The notes under the pieces: model-generated
Databases searched by the model: none
What the model saw: the letters and a program-made list of their open reading frames with translations, nothing else
What the model was told of the DNA's origin: nothing
Program-made: the position numbers and the translations under genes
NCBI GenBank assembly: GCA_951406725.2
Contig: OX597817.1
Location: forward strand, 114,080,001-114,144,000
DNA from: Octopus vulgaris
Lineage: Eukaryota
Direction of reading: 5' to 3'
Length of the DNA: 64,000 bases
In this document: positions 25,091-38,500 of the stretch, piece by piece
How positions within the stretch are numbered: the first letter of the stretch is position 1
Layout of the letters: each line of letters opens with the position of its first letter

Positions 25091-26199
25091 GTCCTCATCC
25101 AATAAAAAGATAAGAGTTTGAGTCTCAGATATTTTATTGAAGAACTGTCCAACCTGTGACATCATCAACCTGCCCACCTGAAAATTTAAAAAGCAACTAA
25201 TCAAAAAACTGAAATAAAATAATATGATTGTTTAGTTGCAATGGTTGACAACTCTCTTTTTGTTGTGTCTTCTTCTTATTCTGATATTTAAGAACCCCCC
25301 CCCCCAAACCATACAGTATGCATTATTGCGAGGATTGTAGCTCAAGCAAAACCAATGACTCAATCTTTTGGTATTGTGACAATGGGGATGATAATGCCAT
25401 AATATAACAATATTTCAATATGTCTATTGTTGTAGGAAATATTCATTTTTGAAAGAAAATACCCAATAAAACCCATCAAAAATAAGAAATAACCGATAGA
25501 AAATGTGATTCAAGACAAAAAAAAAAAAAGACACAAAAGAAAGAAAAAAAAAACAAGTAAAAATAAAGATTGATGGAGTTGAGCAGGCGGGGTTTTTATC
25601 ACTTCCGAAATGAATCTGAGCCAACTTGTGTATCTTACACATTGTCATTCAGATCATATTTTTAGATATCTAATTTACAGCTTTTCAAAACATCTTCAAC
25701 ACATGGTTTACTTTCAACTGTTTTCTTGCAGTAATCAATGGTTCTATTTTTTTTTTTGCGATAAAAGATTTGGCATTGATAATAAACGTTTTTGAAAAAG
25801 AAAAAAAAACAAACAAAAAAAACTTCATGATCTTTCTCAAGTCTTTAGTAAACTGTCTTTCATTAGAATATTTTATATTCCAAATGGAATATGTGTGGGT
25901 GGGAAACTCTTTGAAACACTTCAACTCGAATCATGAATGGTTTTTCAATTATTTTTGTCCATTTTTTTCCCTAATTCAGGGAGAAGTCAGTATTAAGTCT
26001 ACAATTACGTTATCTCACTGAATATCAGATAAATCATATAACATATTGAAGTAGTGTTGATTTTAAATGATTTCAGTTTTTCTTGTCCTTATATTGCATT
26101 TCAGATAACAATAATGTAATATAACTAATTTATATGTACATATCTGGAGTATGTGTGTCTGTTTGTATTGATGTGCATAAAATATCTGCACATACACAC

Positions 26200-26690
26200 A
26201 TACAGTGGTGTCACTTACAAATCAAACTATATATGAGCAGAAAGAAAATTTATTACTCAATTAAATGGTGTAAATTTAGAAAAAAAAATTGAATTAGAAT
26301 AATGCAGTTGTTGACAGTATTAATGAACATCACTTAATTCAAGAACGTTTATATCATAATATTTTTTCCAACAAAATGAAATGTGTGCATTAGCAGTTGA
26401 GAAGAATAAATCTAATGGCATTAATTCTTGGTTGGTATTCAAATTTCTGAAAATGGAATCACACCTATAAAGCATTGAATCTATAAATTTGATGATCATA
26501 TTATCTGGAATTTCTATGGTTTTTTTTTTAAAGCTATATAATTCAATTCCTCCAATTTCATGGATTTCTTTCATTGAATATTTATTTTGAACTGTTTCCA
26601 TATGATTTCTATTGGATTTAAATCCAGGGATTTTACTGTCAGCTGCAGTGCTTGGATCTCGTTACATTTTGTAAATTTCTTTTCCTATAA
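26200..26690 (-). mobile_element. Tc1-family transposon relic (transposase C-terminus and probable TIR)
   Basis: Minus strand: KSLDLNPIEIIWKQFK (Tc1 SPDLNPIENxW motif), then after a frameshift EIPDNMIIKFIDSMLYRCDSI (Tc1 ..IDSMPxRCxAVI). TA-CAGTGGTG at ~26201 fits a Tc1 TIR start. Confidence 0.75.
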
Positions 26691-29237
26691 TAAGCTTTTG
26701 GTTGTAATTTTTATCATCATCATCATCATTGTTATCATCGTCATCATCATGATGTTGATATCATCATTGTCATAGTTATCATCATCATCATCATCATCAT
26801 TTTTAACATCCACTTTTCCAACCTTGCACAATTGGATAGAATTTCTTGAGGTAATTTTCTGTGGCTGGATATCCTTCCTGTTGCCAAACCTCACCTGTTT
26901 CTAAGAGAAGTAATATTTTCTTATGACTGGGCACGTTGTCACAGGAGAATAGAAACAAAGGGTGCACTTGGACATCCCATGTAAGGTTTTAAACAACCAC
27001 AATTGTGAAATGTATATAGGAACAAATGACATGAACTTTTGTTTATCACAGCTTCTCACACACACATATATATGGTGGTCCTCAACTTGATTTTGAGCTT
27101 AATCACTTTGTCATGGGCCTGCCAGTTGACTGCCTAGACCTGACTCAGTTTTAATTTCTTTTTTTTATGACAAATGTAGAGAAAAATTTTGTTTAGAATC
27201 TCATCAACAGTTACTCCACCATTGTGCATTCATCTAAAATGGATTTTCATCCTGGCAATAAGCAGCATACTTTTGGGCATTAAGGCCTGCAGTACTCTGG
27301 TGGGGCTGTTGAAGTTTATATGTATGCATATTTCATATAAGCATTCTGTATTGGTCTCCTGAAATGTGACCTTTCATGAATGACAAGATATACACACATA
27401 TACATACGTATGTACATACACACATGCATAGCCCACCCCACACAGATATATAAAACTTTTATAAAAAGTAGGGCAACAGCGAGTTCAAAGTTTTGGTCTG
27501 CTAGCCTTCATTGGACTATAATATTGGCTTTATATAGCTTTTGGCAAGATGCTTCCTTTCATATATATATATATATATATATTCTGAGTTTTGCATTGTT
27601 GCTTTTGCCAATAGTGATGTGTGAAAAAACAACCTGAATAAAAATTAGCCCACTTTACTTTACCATTTCACCTATTTGTGTACACTAATGTGTAACTAGG
27701 TTTTACTTACATACTCATGTGCACATGTGTATATATATGTATATGAAATAATTCATTTTTACTGGTAGAACTCAAAGTAGATAAAGCTATAAAACACATG
27801 TAAATATTGGGTTAAAACCCCTTTTGGACTGAAAAATTCAAAGGCAGCCTTCGACCTTTTTCTATCTGCTTCAAGTTCCACTGGTAAAAACAAATTATTT
27901 CATGTTCTCTTGAAGTTTCCGAATCCTTATGACATAAACAGTATTTATATATGTTTATATACTCACAGATAAGGAGTGAATCCTGTCTTGTAATAAGACA
28001 CATGTAACATAGAATTAAAAATAGAATTACTCAGCAAATAGAATTCACTAAAAATTTCAATTGCTGTGTATATCTCATCTGAAATAAAACATCTTTATAT
28101 ATACAGTTGATTAATGTGAACATGCTGATGTACTTCACAAGGATACAACTTGGATTATAACCTTTTACATACATACATAATAGGTTGTATTATGAGTGCT
28201 CAGTCCAGTTTACCACTAAAATTCTGGCTTGAGCTGCAACTGAAAAGTGTGGTATTAAGATGGCCTATTGAAGGTGGCTGGAAGTGGTTTCTCCTTGAGC
28301 AGGTAGATATAGGTTAAAATATGAACATATACTTGATGATAAATTGATGCAAGAATTGCAATATATTTAATCAGTGGCTGAAGTAGGGTTAGAACTCATT
28401 ATTTTTATGTCTATAGTCAAGTATCTCAGTTGTTCAACCAGTGCACCTCATTGTCTGAAATCTAGAATATTTATATGTAATAACATATTACTGAAAAAGT
28501 TCTGGCTGGAAAGAAGAAAATAAAAAAAATAAAATAAAAAAGTAACTGAATATATACATAAAGAAACGAAGAAAGTTAAGCTAGCTTTTCTTGATATAAC
28601 AACTCTGTGTGCAGAAGAGTTAATATACAAACTTTGAGTGTAGTTCTTACCACTTTCTTCATTGTTAATAGCGCTAGTAATTACCAGACTAAATCACAAT
28701 GACTTATGTGTTAAGTCTTTGTAATAATTTTCTTTTTTTTTTGTGTTATTCTTTTATATTGTTTATCTTTACTTTGCTGACTTACCAACCATATTCTTTC
28801 CTTCCTTCCTTCCTTCCTTCCCATCATTTTCTTCTTTTACTATTTATTTCAATCCGACTGAAAAAACAAAACAAAAAAAACCCCACAACAGTACATAAAG
28901 AAGCAAAGAACAAAACAAACACTTCTGTGTATTTTGTGGTAATATTTCTTTTCAAAGTGTTCATTTCGGTTCCACTTGGCCGATTATTGCTGTGCTCTAA
29001 TACTCTACCATCATTACATACTAACCAAACAAGTAGATTTTGCTCAAATCACCAACAAAGTGTCTATATAATCGTTCAACCTGCTCATTTTTCAGTGTTG
29101 TGTAGCAGCAAGATCTTTCCCAACTCAAAACACAGATTTTAATTTCTTCAAAAAATTAAGACCTTTGTGTTTTAAATTGGCATACCTTAAAAGTTGAAAT
29201 AGGCCTAGTTGCCATACAATATAATGGCCCATAGCCT

Positions 29238-29615
29238 ATCCCTTTTTCTTACCATATTTCTGTTGAAATAGACTACTTTTGTTCCAATTAATTCTGAAAA
29301 TACTGATTTCAAATTTTGGTACAAGGTCTGCAATTTGTATTTTGAAGGAAGCGAGTTAGTTGATTACATTAACCCCCAATGCTCAGCTGGTACTTATCTA
29401 CTTACTTTGAAAGGATGAAAGGCAAAGTTGACTGCAGCAGAACTTGAACTCAGAACATAGTCAGAAGAAATGCTGCTAAGCCTTTTGTCCAACATGTTAG
29501 AGTTTGGAATATAAATTAACAGGAAATTTTGGTGGGTGGTTATAAATAAAATCAGTTTAAAACAATTATCATAGAACTAGGGGTAGTCTCAGATAGTTTA
29601 ACACTGAAAGAGTTG
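29238..29615 (+). mobile_element. piggyBac-type MITE family P2 interrupted by SINE M
   Basis: ccctttttcttaccatatttctgttgaaata... resumes after 29500 with tttggaatataaattaac...aaagagttgaa. Confidence 0.7.
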
Positions 29616-29751
29616 AAATATCAATCTGAGCCAACAAGAATCCCCTGTGTGGTTGTTTGACATGTTAGCAATAGCAGTCAAATCTCCAACTGCTTAGAAG
29701 GTTTGCCTGATCAGGGTTGAGATGAAGGCTAATAAATAATAAATAAATAAA

Positions 29752-29996
29752 TGCGCCCTTTTAAAGTCTAGCCAGGCTCATGGGCCCGGTTTCCTGGTTT
29801 CTATGGCGTATGTGTTCCCTAGCTGATGGGAGGCCAGTCCATCGCAGCGTTACTCATTTTTGCCAGCTGAGTGAACTGGAGATACGTGAAATGAAGTGTT
29901 TTGCTCAAGAATACAACGCGTTGCCCTGTTCAGGAATCAAAACCACAATCTTATGATCATGATGCTGACACCCTAACCTCTAAGCCACGCACCTCC
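29752..29996 (-). mobile_element. SINE family C (short form)
   Basis: Reverse complement ggaggtgcgtggcttagaggttagggtg...gagcaaaacacttcatttcacg...gctggcaaaaatgagta...ctgcgatggact; matches 34176-34440. Confidence 0.88.
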
Positions 29997-31742
29997 ACAA
30001 TAAATAATAACAATAACATATTAATCAAACAATGCAGGGTTCAATTTGAATGAATATGCCAAACATTCTGAAATATTGTTTTTGTTTAACCATAAGTTAA
30101 TCCTGAATAAGCAGACCTTTGATCAAATACATTCCAGACATGGCCATCCACATTAAATTTCAGGCATAGAATAATATAATTCTAGATACACTATGCTTCC
30201 CTTTTTAAAAATAGTTGTATGTAGTTTGAGGGAAATTTAGTTGTTATTTCTAGCAAATTGAGAAAAACAAATATAAGCTCTCTTATTGGTTTACATTCTT
30301 GCATGCTTATGTCCAAGGTACTGCTCTTATGGGCAACTACTAAGCATTAGCTACTTCTTCTTTAGGATTAGAACTCTTCATGTCCACAGTCAGGTCCCTG
30401 ATTTGCTCAACCATTTAACTATCCAGACATTTAACTATATCAACATATTATTGATTGGTAAATTTCTGTCTGTTAAGAAAGTTAAATTATATAAAGAAAT
30501 GAAATAAAGAAAGGAAATGAAGTTAGCTTTTCTGATATAATGAGGTGTGCAGAAGAGTTAACATAACAAAATTTAAAAGTAGTTCATGTCACTTCCTTCG
30601 TTGTTAATAGCTCCAGTAATTACCTGACTAAATCACCACCACTTGTGTGTTAAGTCTCTGTTATATGTTTTTCTATTTGTGGTTTATCATTACTTTGCTG
30701 ATCACCTAGAGGATATCTATTAACTTTGCAGATGAATCAATGAGGGAGACTTTATGCTGTTACTTGTCCAGCTGGAAATAGAAACCAAATCCCTTAAATA
30801 ATATCCTATCATTCTTATGTTTTTCTTGACATGGCTTTGAGGTTCAGGTTTGGCTGTGTGATTAACCCATTATTGGTCAATATCCTATTTTTGGGACAGA
30901 GATTTTAAATTTAATATAAATAATATTATAAAGACTTCTGTGTTTCTTTTGTTATATATGCCATATTTACAATATTCTAACACCAGTGTTTTTTATGGTG
31001 CTGCTGCCACATAAATGGCTGGTTCTGTATAAAAAGAACTGGTGCTGGTGCTACTTAAAAAGCACCTACTACACTCTGTAAAGTGGTAGGCTTTAGGAAT
31101 GGCATTGAGTTATAGAAACCAAGCCAAAATGGACAATGGAATCTGGTGTGGCCTCAGTCTTTGTCAGTTCCTGTCAAGAGGTCCAACCTGGTGCTTTTAT
31201 GTGATGCAAGCACCCACACCAACGTTTTCTATGTGATGCCTTGGTTTTAAGATCTCAATTCTGTTGTAATGAGCAAGTATTCTTGAGTACAGCAATACAC
31301 CACATATCTCAGTCCTCTGTCAATCATGGCTAAAAAATATGAATTCATCTTGAAAACCTTGTGTGCATAGAATTTTTTTTGCTTTGTACCAGTTGTAAAA
31401 TGTTTTTGCATGCACAAGTGCACAGATTAGAATGAATACTACCTGTAAGCCTTGATATGGCTTTTGTGATTATTAGGAAGAAGGGAAGGAGGAAGTTATC
31501 TTCAAGTTAGAGACTTGACCCTAAAGCTTGCAATAAAGTGGGATTTGCTAAAGCCACCCAAGGACCTTGTAGTAATGTTAAACTGAGTAACAGATTAAGT
31601 CTACCATCTATGTAGGCAACTGCAGAATTTGAACTCAGACTACACAGAGCTAGAACAAATACTGCACAGCATCCTAGCCAATGTTCGATGGATGCATACA
31701 TCAATATATACTCTTCTCAAGAAGTGTATCCTGTCTGATTCT

Positions 31743-31968
31743 TATTTCTTCATTGCCCACAAGGGGCTAAACATAGAGGGGGAAAACAAGGACAAAGGGA
31801 TTAAGTCAATTACATCAACCCCAGTGCATAATTAGTATTAATTTATTGACCATGAAAGGATGAAAGGCAAAGTCGATCCCGGCGGAATTTGAACTCAGTA
31901 CGTAACGGCAGACGATATACTGCTAAGCATTTCACCCAGCGTGCTAACATTTCTGCCAGCTTGCCACT
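31743..31968 (-). mobile_element. SINE family M with 18-bp TSD
   Basis: Flanked by tgtatcctgtct(g/a)attct at 31725-31742 and 31973-31990. Confidence 0.9.
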
Positions 31969-32069
31969 TTTCTGTATCCTGTCTAATTCTGTTAATCAAT
32001 TTTCTACACTTCCAATATCTTAAACCATTGGTGGAAGCACTTGTAAATGGTTACTGTTTTTTATCACTA

Positions 32070-32302
32070 TTAACCCTTTTGTCACCAAATTTCTGTTAAA
32101 AAAACTAAAATGCTTTTGTTTCAATAAATTTTGAAAATCATGGAGAATTTACTGAAATAACTTTGTGACTATTAAGCTGATGAGTGGAGCATATATTAAC
32201 ATAAATTTTGATGGGATGTTTTAACTTAGATCCCTTTAAAATGAGAAGTTTGTGTCATAGAATGAGGGGTGCTCTCAGGCAGACTGGTATAAAAAAGGTT
32301 AA
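32070..32302 (+). mobile_element. piggyBac-type MITE family P2
   Basis: TTAA-cccttttgtcacca ... tggtataaaaaagg-TTAA; homologous to 46619-46845 and 59352-59576. Confidence 0.85.
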
Positions 32303-32548
32303 TGTTTTCTCATTCTCAGTGAACATGAAGTGTAGTTTTTGATGGAGCTAGTTCTACTGAAAAACTTACTCTGTTATGTCACCACTCAACATTGATTTCT
32401 GCCTCTTGTTAATTTTGGCGAAAGCATGTTGTTGCTCATGATATCTTGGCTCTGACTTGCATGGAAGCCCACTAGCCTTTTTGGATTAAGAGTTTACTGT
32501 CACATTTACCTCATTGCATTGATGGAGTTCTTTCTGTCCTTAACTTAC

Positions 32549-32652
32549 ATTATACCAACTCTGGTGTAGTTCAGTTTGGTTACATCTCCCAAATCTTTAT
32601 CAACAATCTCACTATAGCTGTTAACAAAGAATCTATATTCCTCACATAACCA
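32549..32652 (-). other. candidate isolated spliced exon (104 bp)
   Basis: Minus strand: branch-like CCTAAC, ttatttcaacAG acceptor, one open frame (WLCEEYRFFVNSYSEIVDKDLGDVTKLNYTRVGI), donor AT|GTAAGT. No recognisable homology. Confidence 0.3.
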
Positions 32653-32844
32653 CTGTTGAAATAAATTTCCAGTTAGGTTACTAGATAAAATGCTGTGTAA
32701 TAAATAATGATAACATTTCTTAACTAGATATCCTTTTGAATATATCTTCTTTAGATAACAATATATTAATTTTACTATGTATCTTAAATATATTAAACGT
32801 GCTAAATTTATTAATATATCAAACATACATTATATTGTATTCAC

Positions 32845-33205
32845 GTTATAACATGAAAAAATTCAAGAACATTAAAAAAAAACTATGAGAATATTTTAAA
32901 GTATATTATCAAAATACAAGCATGAAATATGGAAAGCATAAAACAAAATAAAATTATGAAGTATGGGAATATTTTAAATTGTAACATAACATATATAACA
33001 TTCAATATGAGAATATTTTAAAATATAACAAAAAAAATATGAGATTGTAGATATTTTGATATTTTGTAATGATTTAAAATATTTCTAAATATAAAACAAG
33101 AATTATGGGACTGTTCTAAAATATAAAAGAAAAAAAAATGAATTATGTGAATATTTAAAATGTAATAAAAAGAACATGAAATTTGGGAACATTATAAAAT
33201 ATTTG
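32845..33205. repeat. degenerate AT-rich minisatellite
   Basis: The motif tatg(a/g)gaatattttaaa..ta recurs at irregular ~30-80 bp spacing. Confidence 0.6.
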
Positions 33206-33987
33206 AGATTAATTTGAGGTAGGGGTACCTACATTTAAATGATAAACCACAGTATAAAAACGCAAACAAATGCAAATGTATTTTGTTATTCTCTTCATAT
33301 AAGGAAAAATATTAGAATTGCTTTTACATGTTTCACAGACAGAAAATCAGAGTACATATCTTCTGATGGATGGCCACTAAGTGAAAAATATAAAGATAAT
33401 TCCAAAAATATGTTTACCTTTGTTTATGTTTTCACAGTGAGGCTTATATTTCAAATTGTACGTATCCCTATGTTAAATTTATCTCAGATTTTCTGTGTTT
33501 TGCATAAATATTTATTATTTAATTTCCAAATATACTAACATTTATATGAAATATAGGAAGCTTTTAAAAATGTTATGTGGAACAACTTGCTTGTCAAGCA
33601 TGTGGCTTTCAGTTTGATACCCCTGTGTGACACTCTTTTGAGGTAGGTTTATACTCACTGGTAGGAGCCAGTGCGTTGATTTGCATCTCTTTAGGTAAAA
33701 CAACAACATAACTTCAGGAACGATAAAACTTGCAGCATGCTTAAAGAAGTACTGGTGAGTTAATATATTTGACAAACTTCTTTGTTGGCAATGTCCCTGT
33801 ATGGCTGCAGTCCACTGACTGAAAAAAAAATGCAGTAAAAGAATAAAAGGAATATAAGAATAAATGCAAATAAAAAAAATTGAATATTGTATAACAAATT
33901 GAAGGAATCAGATCTGATTTCATAATTCATATGCTAATAATTATCTACCTGTCTATGTATTGTATATGTGTGTATGTTTATATATAT

Positions 33988-34572
33988 GTGGTTAGGGTAA
34001 TCAGCTGCCAATCAAAAGGTTGTGATTTTGATTCCAGACGGTGTGTTGTGTCTTTGAGTAAGACACTTGATTTTACATTGCTCCAGTCCACTCAGCTGGC
34101 AAAAATGAGTAGTACCTGTATTTCAAAGAGCCAGCCTTGTAAACATTCTGTCATGCTGTATCTCCTTGAGAACTAGAGTGGAGGTGCATGGCTTAGTGGT
34201 TAGGGTGTTGATCTCATGATCGTAAGGTTGTGGTTTCGATTCCTGGACCGGGTGATGCATTGTGTTCTTGGGCAAAACACTTCATTTCACGTTGCTCCAG
34301 TTCACTCAGCTGGCAAAAATGAGTAATCCTGCGATGGACCGGCGTCCCGTCCAGGTGGGGAATTTCTACACCACTGAAACTGAGAAACCGGCCCTTATGA
34401 GCCTGGCATGGCTTGAGAAGGAACATATATCTATTATCTATCCTTGAGAACTACATTAAGAGTGTGCATGTCTGTAGAGTGCTTAGCCACTTGCACGTTA
34501 ATTTCACGTGCAGGCTGTTCCAGTAATTGGATCAACTGAAACCCTTGTTGTTGTAACTGACAGAGTGCCAGT
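33988..34572 (+). mobile_element. SINE family C long form hosting a short-form copy
   Basis: Host body 33988-34175 resumes at 34454; homologous to 11510-12048. Confidence 0.82.
34176..34440 (+). mobile_element. SINE family C short form with perfect 13-bp TSD
   Basis: tccttgagaacta at 34163-34175 and 34441-34453; tRNA-like head tggcttagtggttagggtg...gtttcgattcc. Confidence 0.92.
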
Positions 34573-35889
34573 TATACACACACACACGCATGCATGCATA
34601 CTTGTATCTCTCTTCCTCCCTTTCTCTTTCTGTCTGTCTCTGTCTGTATACACACAAACACATGTGTGCATGCACTCCCCCACCCTCACACACACACCAC
34701 ATATAATGTCTGATTTAGAAAATGTGTAAGTATTGCTTTTGTAAAAATATTTCAATCACAGGTAAATTGATTAACAGTTTGTGGCAGCTAAATTAATTAA
34801 CAATCATAAAATATTCATTAGGTATAACAAATATTTTTTTTTTTAAATTGTTGATTTTTTTATGCCTTTTTCTTTAAGAAATCAGGAATACTAGTGTTGT
34901 CAGATTGAAACTTACCTCTGATTAACAACAGCATAGGTAAATCTAATACTTAAAAAAGTCAAACTGAAAATGAAGAAGGTAGCTGTGTCTTACTTATACA
35001 CAATTAAAGTCAATATGAGACATCTAGGTATCATAGTTAATGTAAATTCATCAGGAAAAGCAAAATCACTGTAGTATTCATCTGGAGATAATATCTCTTA
35101 GGGGTGTGCCTTGTTTACAACACAATATATATTGGGGGCAGATGGAAATTGCCCCAGCAGTAGTTGATGAGAATGTTAAATGCACCTCTGCTTCACTGGG
35201 CATTGGCAATAGCATGTACTCACTGCCAACCATATGTCCAAATGAAATTTGTTGCCACTGATATAGGAAAATAGTGAATAATAAATGACCACTGGTGCTG
35301 TGAATAGCTGCCAATTTGAATAAAAATCTGTCATGTGCAACAGAAACAATATTAGATTAACGTAGCCCTCTGTATGATACTTAAAGTAAATACATCATGG
35401 AAAGTAAATTCATTGCAGTATTCATCTGGAGATAATAACTCTTGTGGATATACCATGTTTAAAAAACTCAATATATACTGGAGGCAGACAGAAGTCATCC
35501 CAGAGGTGACCAGTAAGAATGCTAGATGCAATTCTGCTTTATTGGGCATTGACCATGGCATGCACTTACAGCCATATAATTACAATTGATACCAAAAAAT
35601 TCTATGCTCATTAAAAGACCATCATGAGTTATAAAACTGTTTGTTTGGGTGAATTACATTGTGAAATCGAAATCCAAGTAACCTTGATTAGTAAAATCAA
35701 TAAAAGGAGTGAATGGGTGATTAGATAATTTGTATTGTTAAGAAGTATGGGTTTGTAACTACATTGTTTCAGGTTCAGCCCTACTGTTTGGTACTTTGAG
35801 CAAGTGTCTTCTATTATAGAGACCTTGTGAGTTAATTTGGCAAAAAAGAAATTGTAGGAAGGCTAATTTTCCTATCAGGATTTTACTCT

Positions 35890-36100
35890 CATTCGATGCA
35901 GCAGCTGTGGGCTGGAAAAGGCCTCATGGCAGGCCCCATACCAGATGGCTGGACATGATGGGGGAAGATCTCCAGAGGTTTGATGTCACCTTGATGGATG
36001 TAGAAGGTCTGCCATTGGGCCACCAGCGATGGGGAGCACTGGTAGACATATTCAACTCTATGCATGATGATGCATCTGGGATCATGAACTTGGAATGAAC
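35890..36100 (+). mobile_element. non-LTR retrotransposon (RTE-like) ORF2 3' end
   Basis: ORF 35907-36098 GWKRPHGRPHTRWLDMMGEDL...QRWGALV matches the KRPRGRPRTRWxDxVxEDL...RxxWRALV motif. Confidence 0.8.
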
Positions 36101-36307
36101 CCAGTCCCATTAAACAAGAACCTGAAGCCTGAAGGAAGGCTGTTATATACATATGTATATGTGTATGTAAAAGTGCATAAACTTCGACATCCTAGGACTT
36201 CTTTATATTTTGTGTTGACATAAGAATCATTCTCTCTGCTTTGGAAGATCTCTGAAATGAAAAAAAAATCCCTTGTAAAGTAATTAAGGGTAAGTGACAG
36301 GAAAGGT

Positions 36308-37130
36308 ATCATCATCATCTTCATCATTTAACATCTGTTGTCCATGCTGGCATGGGTTGGATTGTTTGACCAAGGTTCTTACTTCATTATTGCCCACAAG
36401 GGGCTAAACATAGAAGGGACAAACAAGGACAAACAAAGGGATTAAGTTGATTACATCGACCTCAGTGCGTAACTGGCAGTTAATTTATCGACCCTGAAAG
36501 GATGAAAGGCAAAGTCGACCTTGGTGGAATTTGAACTCAGAATGTAATGGCAGACGAAATACTGCTAAACATTTTGCCTAGCACGTTAATGATTCTACCA
36601 GCTCACTGCCTTTTTGCTTGACCATGGTTGGTAAGCTGTGGAGCTGTGCCAGACTCCATTCTGATTTGGAATGATTCCTATGGCTGGATACCCTTCCTAA
36701 TGCCAACCATTGAGAGTGTAATGGGTGCTTTTTACATGCCACCAGCATGGGTGCTAGTTGCATAACCCCAGTGTCTGCCATGACTATGATTTCACTTGGC
36801 TTGATGGGTCTTCTTCTCAAGCATGACATATTGCCAAAGGTCTCAGTCATTTGTCATTGTCTCTGTGAGGCCCAGCGTGCGAGAGGTGTTCTTTACATGC
36901 CACTGGCATGGGTGCTAGCAACGTGACACCAGCATCAGCCACATTGCCTCTGTGAGACCCAACACTCAAAAGGTGCTTTTCTTGTGCCACCTGCATGGGT
37001 ACCAGTTATGTGACACTAACAATAACCACAACTATGATTTCACTTGACTTGATGGGTTTTCTCAAGCATGGCATATTACCAAAAGTCTTGGTCATCAGTC
37101 ATTGTTTCCGTGAGGCTTGACATTTGTCTC
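36308..37130 (-). mobile_element. RTE-tail repeat (family R) interrupted by SINE M (36378-36610)
   Basis: The R element resumes after the SINE. TSD ttg(t/c)ttgacca(a/t)ggtt at 36362-36377 and 36614-36629. Confidence 0.82.
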
Positions 37131-37919
37131 AAATATTTCCTTGTCCAATCTAAGCTAGCATGGAAAAACAGATGTTAAATTAATTAACAAAATAAATGAT
37201 ACAGTATGGATTTGAGAAAATATTTTCTTTCTTAGCATTTATTCCACTTTGTGTAGGGTCAGCTTGTTCCTATTGATGCAACCAAGATATTGTTTCAGTC
37301 GATGTATTGCTCCACCTATCATTGGATATCATTATTTACTGTGTCTTGAAGGCCCCATTTCCCAATAAGAGGAGGCAGTGGATGGAAGTGGAATTTGAAC
37401 TCAGTACATAAGGATTAGGAACAGATATTACAATACACTTTAGCTAGTGCACTAACAATTCTAGCAAAACACCATCCTGAACTGGTACTTTATGCATCAC
37501 CCTGAAAGAATCAAAGACAAAGTTGACCCCAGTGGGAGTTGAACTCAGTGTGCAAAGAGCTGCAACAAACACTGTAAGGCATTTTATCCAGTACCCTAAC
37601 AACTTTGCCAGCTTCCTGCTTCAGATTTGTAAACGTATATAGGAATAATATTATTTGATAATAGTTGTGATTTATATGAAATGTTAGCTGATAGACACAT
37701 ATAAAGCATTACAATTGTGAAGAAAATATCTGATATTGTATGATGAGAATCAAAGCTTGCATCTCCTGCTGGCTAAGCAAGGAGATGATGGACATTTTCC
37801 AATCAAATCGCTATGTTTACATAGGGGAACCAGAAAACAAAAACTACCATAAATCAATTTATTAAATTCTTATCATGATAGGTCATAAAACATCCAGGCT
37901 TACAAACTGGTAGCTTTGA

Positions 37920-38500
37920 GCTGGCCAACAAGGGAGTGAGTCACTATGTGATTGCTTGATTTGCTAGAAATGACTACCGAGTTTTCTTAAAATCTTTACT
38001 TTAATCATCTTAAAAACAATATGGACATATTAGATATTGTGGTCTTACATAATTTTTGCCTGAAAAAACCCCACAAGAATGATGGGATTGTTAAAGCTGA
38101 AATTTCTGGTTATATATCAGTTAGATCAGGACTAGTCTGGAGCTAAACAAGAACAAGTGGTAGTTTATGTAACACACCACACATGAAAGATGATGATGAA
38201 CTCAACCAGGTGGGTGAGTCAAGGGTTGCTTTCTTTTCTTGTAGAGAATATTTCCTACATTGTCTTTCACTCTCCTTCTCTTTGGAATGGTTTGAAAACG
38301 CTGCATCTTTTGTATTTAACTCTGCTGGTTCATCTTTCTCAAGTTGTCAAACTGTCAATCAGCAATACTAAGTTATTGTTAATCCTGATTGAACAGACCC
38401 ATATTCAAAAGCATTCCATTCCAGTTATGACTATCCCATCTTATTTTCAATACATCTTGGAGACAACATTGTTGGCTGTGATATCTAACAATTTGAAAGA
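37920..38500. mobile_element. old dispersed repeat, two inverted copies
   Basis: Motifs cattcca..ccatgaccatccc and ttggctg.tatttctagca also seen at ~660-835, 29625-29740, 30080-30290, 45110-45260 and 45960-46150. Class unknown. Confidence 0.5.

Noticed and set aside
26320-26601. 93-aa ORF as a host gene
   Set aside because: It is a frameshifted Tc1 transposase remnant.
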